The notes beneath the pieces are model-generated. The model saw only the letters and a program-made list of their open reading frames with translations, was not told the DNA's origin and did no database searches. A DNA stretch of 64,000 bases from NCBI GenBank assembly GCA_965219445.1, contig CBDCNQ010000004.1, positions 96,001 to 160,000 of the forward strand, written 5' to 3'. Shown piece by piece: positions 59,199 to 64,000 of the stretch. The DNA comes from Longimicrobiales bacterium. GTDB taxonomy: Bacteria > Gemmatimonadota > Gemmatimonadetes > Longimicrobiales > Gaopeijiaceae. Within the stretch, counting starts at the first letter, position 1. Each line of letters opens with the position of its first letter. A program made the position numbers and the translations under genes.

Positions 59199-60647
59199 TT
59201 ACTCACGGCGACCGGCCAGCGGTCCCGAATCCACCATGGGCACGGAACCCACGGCCAGATCGAGATTGGCTTGTGCCACCAAGAAATCGTATGCAGCCTG
59301 TGCGTAGTTGAACTCACTCTCGCGAAGGGCCACCTCGGAGTCGGTGAGCTCCAACTGGCTCCCCAGGCCCTCTCGGTATTGGGCGCTCGCGATGTCGAAA
59401 CCGCGGCTCGCCTGCTGGACTGCTCTGCGTTGGGCATCGGCACGCGCCCTCGCCTCCAGCATCTGATCCCAAATGGTCTCCACTTCGCTGTCGGCCCTCG
59501 CCCTGGCGAGCTGGGTCATGGCCTCGGCTTGGCGTAGAGATGCCCGCCTCTGATCGATGCGAGCATCCTTCGAGAAGCCGCTGAAGATCGGCCACGTGAT
59601 CCGAATGCCGGCTTGACTCGAATATGTTCGTTCGTTGGACTCCCCGAAGAATGTAGGGCTCCCATTCTGTTGAGCCGCGATCCCATAGGATCCGAAAAGC
59701 ACGACCTCGGGCAAATACTGCACCCGCTCCAGGCTCAACTCCGACTGCCGAAGCCTCTCCGAGAGATCGAGTTGCCGAAGATCCGATCGCCCCTCCAACG
59801 CCACGCGGACGACGTCCTCGGTCAGGGGCTCCGTGGTCCAGGACGAGAACCCCAAGATTTCACGATTCTCTGGCGAGTTGGCTTCGAAATTATCGAGATC
59901 GATCTGCGCGAGGGAACCGGCAACACGTACGTCGTCGAGGTTCTCCAGCGCGAGCTGGATGCCGAGTTCCCGCTGAGCCTGCGTGATCGAGTTCTGGGCT
60001 CTGAAGAGATTGGGCTCCAGGTTGCCCAACTCGACCTCGAGGCGCAGCACATCGTAATCGGCCGCGAGGCCGGCCTCGTTGAGCGCTCGGGTATCGTGGA
60101 GGGACTCCCGCACTCGCTGAACGGAGTTTTCGACCAAACGAGCCTGTTCCTGCGACAGGAGGAGGCTGTAATAGAGCACTCGCACCTGCGTGACGATCCC
60201 CTGGGTACGACCGCGCAAGCTTTCCTGCTCGAAGTTCTCGAAGCGCCCGGCGGCGCCGACCGCGACGAACACCGACGGCTTGAACAGGGCCTGCTCGACG
60301 GTGACGGTAGTACTCCAGACGTTGTCCGCGCCAAAACGAACCGGGATAAGCTCATCCGGATCGGCCGTGGGATCGAAGATGAACGCGGGCAGGAAGTTCT
60401 CCGCCACCAGCAGGTTTCGCGCGTAGGAGGCGTTCAGGTCGATCGTCGGAAAGAGTTCGCTACGCGCTTCGGACGCCTGCTCTTGAGCCACCTCCAGACC
60501 GAAGCGGGCGCCCCGAAGATCCTCATTCTGCGCCAGGGCCATCCGCACGGCGGCCTCGAGCGTGAAAACCTCCTGCGCCGTGACGCCCCCACTTCCCATC
60601 AACGCCGCCATTATCACCGCTACCCAGCTATATGTGCGCATCTTCAT
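59199..60647 (-). CDS. TolC-family outer-membrane efflux protein
   Basis: Signal peptide, FTLEAAVRMAL, WPIFSGF, YREGLGSQLELTDSE. Confidence 0.92.
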   Translation of the reverse strand: MKMRTYSWVAVIMAALMGSGGVTAQEVFTLEAAVRMALAQNEDLRGARFGLEVAQEQASEARSELFPTIDLNASYARNLLVAENFLPAFIFDPTADPDELIPVRFGADNVWSTTVTVEQALFKPSVFVAVGAAGRFENFEQESLRGRTQGIVTQVRVLYYSLLLSQEQARLVENSVQRVRESLHDTRALNEAGLAADYDVLRLEVELGNLEPNLFRAQNSITQAQRELGIQLALENLDDVRVAGSLAQIDLDNFEANSPENREILGFSSWTTEPLTEDVVRVALEGRSDLRQLDLSERLRQSELSLERVQYLPEVVLFGSYGIAAQQNGSPTFFGESNERTYSSQAGIRITWPIFSGFSKDARIDQRRASLRQAEAMTQLARARADSEVETIWDQMLEARARADAQRRAVQQASRGFDIASAQYREGLGSQLELTDSEVALRESEFNYAQAAYDFLVAQANLDLAVGSVPMVDSGPLAGRRE

Positions 60648-60676
60648 CCCCTGGTCTTCCGTCGTTCCTCTCTCCC

Positions 60677-61366
60677 TCAACCCTTGGCCTCAGCGGCCGG
60701 TTCTTCCGCCTCCGGCTCCGCCATCGGTGCCCGACTTTCCGCTGCGAGGGAGGCCCGCACAGTCTCTCCCATGGCCTCGGCAAACTCGGGCTCCGCCAGG
60801 CCCTCCATGAGCCGCCAGCTCGACTCCCGAAAGAGGCGGCGAAACTCCGCTTCGTCGATTCGGAACAGCCCGCGGTGATAGATCGACACCAATCCGTGTG
60901 CGTGGGCCCAGATCGTCCGGGCCACCGTCTCGGGCGGTCCCGGCTTCAGCATTCCGCACTCCATCGCTTCCCGCACGCGGTCCACCATGAACTGACCCAC
61001 CGCACAGGCATGATCCGTCGCTTCGTGAGGGAGCGCGTCACGCCCCATGATCTCGTGGGCCGCGTGTAACAGTGAGTAGTACTGCGGATGCTCGAGGGCG
61101 AAAGCCAGGTACGACCGTCCCGTCAACTTGAACCGCTCGATGGGCGTGCGCCCCTCCACCGCACGGTACAGGTACTGGGCGAAGACCTTGAAGGCCTCAC
61201 CCACCACGTCCACGAGCACCGTCTCCTTGCTTTCATAGTGTCTGTAGAGCGCGGGCGCCGTGACGCCTAACTGCGTTGCGAGCTTTCGCATCGACAATCC
61301 GTCGAGTCCGCCGGTTACGAGGAGATCGCATGCCGCGCTCAGAATCTCGTCTCTTTGTGTAGCCAT
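60677..61366 (-). CDS. TetR/AcrR-family transcriptional regulator
   Basis: LSMRKLATQLGVTAPALYRHYESK HTH; WAHAHG C-terminal motif. Confidence 0.95.
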   Translation of the reverse strand: MATQRDEILSAACDLLVTGGLDGLSMRKLATQLGVTAPALYRHYESKETVLVDVVGEAFKVFAQYLYRAVEGRTPIERFKLTGRSYLAFALEHPQYYSLLHAAHEIMGRDALPHEATDHACAVGQFMVDRVREAMECGMLKPGPPETVARTIWAHAHGLVSIYHRGLFRIDEAEFRRLFRESSWRLMEGLAEPEFAEAMGETVRASLAAESRAPMAEPEAEEPAAEAKG

Positions 61367-61401
61367 GTTAACAGTGTAAATCTACTAGTAAATCATGTCA
61401 A
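61367..61401 (-). promoter_or_regulatory. Sigma70-type promoter with an overlapping palindromic operator for the tetR-tolC-MFP-RND operon
   Basis: TTGACA (61401-61396), 17 bp, TACACT (61378-61373), 6 nt, ATG; near-palindrome TTAACAgTGTAAA at 61368-61380. Confidence 0.8.
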
Positions 61402-61504
61402 TAACCATTTGTGACTAATAGTGCATGAAGTGATGTGAAGACCGTTCAGTGCTCGCCTCGGCAGGACAGGAGCGAGTTCGTGAGCCGTCAGGACCCAACG
61501 CAAG

Positions 61505-61539
61505 GACCCCCCGATGCCCCAAAAGGGCCCCGGGGGGTC
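61505..61539 (-). terminator. GC-rich hairpin downstream of the FKBP gene, possible terminator
   Basis: GACCCCCCG (61505-61513) pairs with CGGGGGGTC (61531-61539); weak U tract. Confidence 0.4.
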
Positions 61540-61599
61540 GCAACCATGGAACGTGGTCCGTCGCAAGCCCCTTCTGTGACGGAACGGATGTCGTGAAGT

Positions 61600-62067
61600 C
61601 TAAGCCGGAACGATTTCCGTGATCATGAGCTCGAACACGAGGACCGCATCGTCCGGGATACCCGATGGAGATTGCGATGCGTACCCCAGGTTGGCCGGAA
61701 TTACGATTGTTCTCGTTCCTCCGACCCCCATGCCGACCAGGCCCTCGGTGAACCCCTCAATCAAGGCCGTGACACCGAGCGAGGTGGTGAGCTCACCGCT
61801 ATCGAACTGCTCGCCGTCCACCAAACACCCCGTGAACGACACGGTAACCTGGTCTCCGAGCACGGCGGGCTCCCCGGTCCCCACGACATCGTCTCGAAAG
61901 AACAACCCGCTCGCGGTCTCGGTCATGGCGTCGAGGTCGATCTCGAGCGAAGTCTCAAACTCGACGTCTCTGGGGTCTGGGCCGAACGGGTCGCCGCCGC
62001 AAGCGCCCAAGGCCAGGGTCAGAGCCGCAGCCACGCCTAGCGCCTTTCCAATATTCGTGTTGATCAT
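61600..62067 (-). CDS. FKBP-type peptidyl-prolyl isomerase lipoprotein
   Basis: LGAC lipobox, SGLFFRDDVVGTG, FDS, GMGVGGTRTIVIPANLGY, LVFE. Confidence 0.92.
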   Translation of the reverse strand: MINTNIGKALGVAAALTLALGACGGDPFGPDPRDVEFETSLEIDLDAMTETASGLFFRDDVVGTGEPAVLGDQVTVSFTGCLVDGEQFDSGELTTSLGVTALIEGFTEGLVGMGVGGTRTIVIPANLGYASQSPSGIPDDAVLVFELMITEIVPA

Positions 62068-62097
62068 ATCAAATCCGTATGACTACGGCGACCCGGA

Positions 62098-63024
62098 TCA
62101 GAGCTCACCGATGGTTTCGCGTACCGCTCCGGCGCTGTTCGCCAGCGCTTCGGCCTCGCTCTCCGTGAGCTCCACCTCGATGATCTTCTGGAGCCCACCC
62201 TCGCCGAGCTGACACGGCACACCCAGGAAGATACCCTCGTATCCGTATTCGCCCTCCAGATACGCGGCGCAGGGGAGAATGCGCCGCTTGTCCCTGACGA
62301 TGGCCTCAGCCATCTGGACGGCCGCCGCCGACGGCGCGTAGTAGGCGCTCCCGGTCTTCAAGTGGGCAACGATCTCCGCGCCACCCTTTCGGGTGCGCTC
62401 GATCAGCGCTTCGATACGCTCGGGCCCGATGAATTGCGTGAGAGGGATGCCCGAGATCGTCGTGTAAGAGACGAGCGGGACCATCGTATCACCATGACCG
62501 CCGAGAACCAGCGCCTGGATGTCCTCGACGCTGACGCCGAGCTCCAGCGAGATAAAGGAACGGTAACGGGCCGTATCGAGAACGCCGGCCATGCCGATCA
62601 CCCGCTCCCGGGGGAAGCCCGTGGCCCGCATCGCCACGTAGGCCATCACGTCCAACGGATTGGACACCATGATGATGATGGAGTCGGGGGCCACCCGCGT
62701 GATCTCCTTCGAGACCGACTCCACGATGCCGGTATTCGTCTTGAGCAGATCGTCCCGGCTCATCCCGGGCTTCCTTGCGATCCCCGCCGTGACAATGAAG
62801 AGGTCGGAGTCCGCCGCATCTTCGTAGTCGTTTGCGCCGACTATAAGCGAGTCGAAGCCCTCGACGGGGGCACTCTCCCACTGATCGAGTCCCTTGCCCT
62901 GCGGAACACCTTCGACGATGTCGATCAGGACGACCTCTCGGGCGAGCTCCCTTTCCGCCAGACGCTGTGCGCAGCTCGCACCCACGTGACCAGCGCCCAC
63001 CACCGTAATTTTATTAGCGCTCAT
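62098..63024 (-). CDS. mdh: Malate dehydrogenase (LDH-like)
   Basis: GAGHVG, TAGIARKPGMSRDDL, VSNPLD, LGGHGDTMVP, GSAYYAP. Confidence 0.96.
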   Translation of the reverse strand: MSANKITVVGAGHVGASCAQRLAERELAREVVLIDIVEGVPQGKGLDQWESAPVEGFDSLIVGANDYEDAADSDLFIVTAGIARKPGMSRDDLLKTNTGIVESVSKEITRVAPDSIIIMVSNPLDVMAYVAMRATGFPRERVIGMAGVLDTARYRSFISLELGVSVEDIQALVLGGHGDTMVPLVSYTTISGIPLTQFIGPERIEALIERTRKGGAEIVAHLKTGSAYYAPSAAAVQMAEAIVRDKRRILPCAAYLEGEYGYEGIFLGVPCQLGEGGLQKIIEVELTESEAEALANSAGAVRETIGEL

Positions 63025-63120
63025 ACGACCTTGCGTGAAGTGTGCTCGAATCGCTGGATGGGCCGGCGCGAACGGGAGCCGGGCCTGGTTAACGCGAGAA
63101 GGTACCGAAGCGGACCCGGC

Positions 63121-64000
63121 TCAACCACCCGTCTGAGAAAGAGCCACAAGCCCCCCGGAGCCCACTTCGCTTCCCTGGACCAGGAAGTGCCGCTCAGGCT
63201 TGATGCGGAGCGTCTCCTCGATGAGCGGGACGAGGTCGGCGCCCGCCCGGAGCGGGTCGCGAAGGTTGGTCTGGAGCGACCCGAACAGGCACGGGCGGAG
63301 TTGGCCATCCGCGGTCAGCCGCATGCGGTTACAGCGGTCGCAGTAGTTATGGCTCATCGGGGTAATCACCCCCACCGTGCCCGCCGCGCCAGGGAAACGG
63401 AAATACGTGGCAGGACCGTTTCCGGCGGGACCGGCAACCGGTTCTATGCTCCCCATGCGGCGGATCCTAGCCAGCGCGTCTTGGCAGGACACGAAGTTGT
63501 CCGCACTCAGCTGCAAGTTGGATCCCGTCGGCATGAGTTCGATGAAGCGAACATGCCACGGCCGTTCCCGCGTGATGTGTGCGAAATCCTCGATCTCGTC
63601 ATCGTTCTGGCCGCCGATGAGGACCACGTTGATCTTGATAGGATCGAACCCCACGGCCTCCGCCGCCTCCAGACCCTTCATGATGCCGCCGTAGGACCCG
63701 GGTCGTCGGGCGATGGCATCCACACGACTCTCCTGAAGGGAGTCGAGCGACACGTTGACCCGGCTGATTCCGGCATCGCGGAGCTCCTGGGCCTGATCAC
63801 CCAACAGCACCGCGTTCGTGGACAGCGAGATATCATCGATACCGGGGATCTCGGCCACCATGCGAACCAGGTCGGGCAAATTCTTTCGAATCAGGGGCTC
63901 GCCCCCGCTGATTCGCACCCTCTTGAGACCCATTCCCGCCATGGTGCGCAGTACGGACGCGATTTCCTCATAGCTGAGGAGGCTCTCACGCTTGAGCCAC
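63121..64000 (-). CDS. moaA: GTP 3',8-cyclase (molybdenum cofactor biosynthesis); 5' end lies outside the window
   Basis: RISGGEPL, NVSLDSL, RFIELMP, YCDRCNRMRLTADGQLRPCL, C-terminal GG. Confidence 0.95.
   Translation of the reverse strand, partial: WLKRESLLSYEEIASVLRTMAGMGLKRVRISGGEPLIRKNLPDLVRMVAEIPGIDDISLSTNAVLLGDQAQELRDAGISRVNVSLDSLQESRVDAIARRPGSYGGIMKGLEAAEAVGFDPIKINVVLIGGQNDDEIEDFAHITRERPWHVRFIELMPTGSNLQLSADNFVSCQDALARIRRMGSIEPVAGPAGNGPATYFRFPGAAGTVGVITPMSHNYCDRCNRMRLTADGQLRPCLFGSLQTNLRDPLRAGADLVPLIEETLRIKPERHFLVQGSEVGSGGLVALSQTGG

Overview
GC-rich bacterial chromosomal window, probably from a diderm. A Gemmatimonadota-like origin is an impression only. Housekeeping and signalling genes flank it: pilB/gspE-type ATPase fragment, REC-GGDEF, murB, rfbC, MATE, udgB-type glycosylase, a TetR-TolC-MFP-RND operon, FKBP, mdh and moaA. 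Two accessory features stand out. (1) A nested insertion at 14836-17834. An IS256-family element with an 8-bp target duplication interrupts an NmrA-like gene. An IS110/IS1111-type recombinase element sits inside the left terminal inverted repeat of that IS256. Its 3' non-coding end carries short matches to both strands of the IS256 end and to its own junction, as expected of a bridge/seekRNA programmed against another IS. (2) A four-gene DUF11 locus at 32164-48713 whose proteins share complementary split domains: N-terminal donor strands and C-terminal truncated acceptor domains with Lys/Asp/Asn isopeptide-type residues. With a large outer-membrane barrel and a ~2850-aa adhesin, this suggests an undescribed, possibly covalently linked pilus/adhesin system. 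Several genes carry single frameshifts or a nonsense codon; these cannot be told from assembly errors without reads. No rRNA, tRNA or CRISPR array was recognised.
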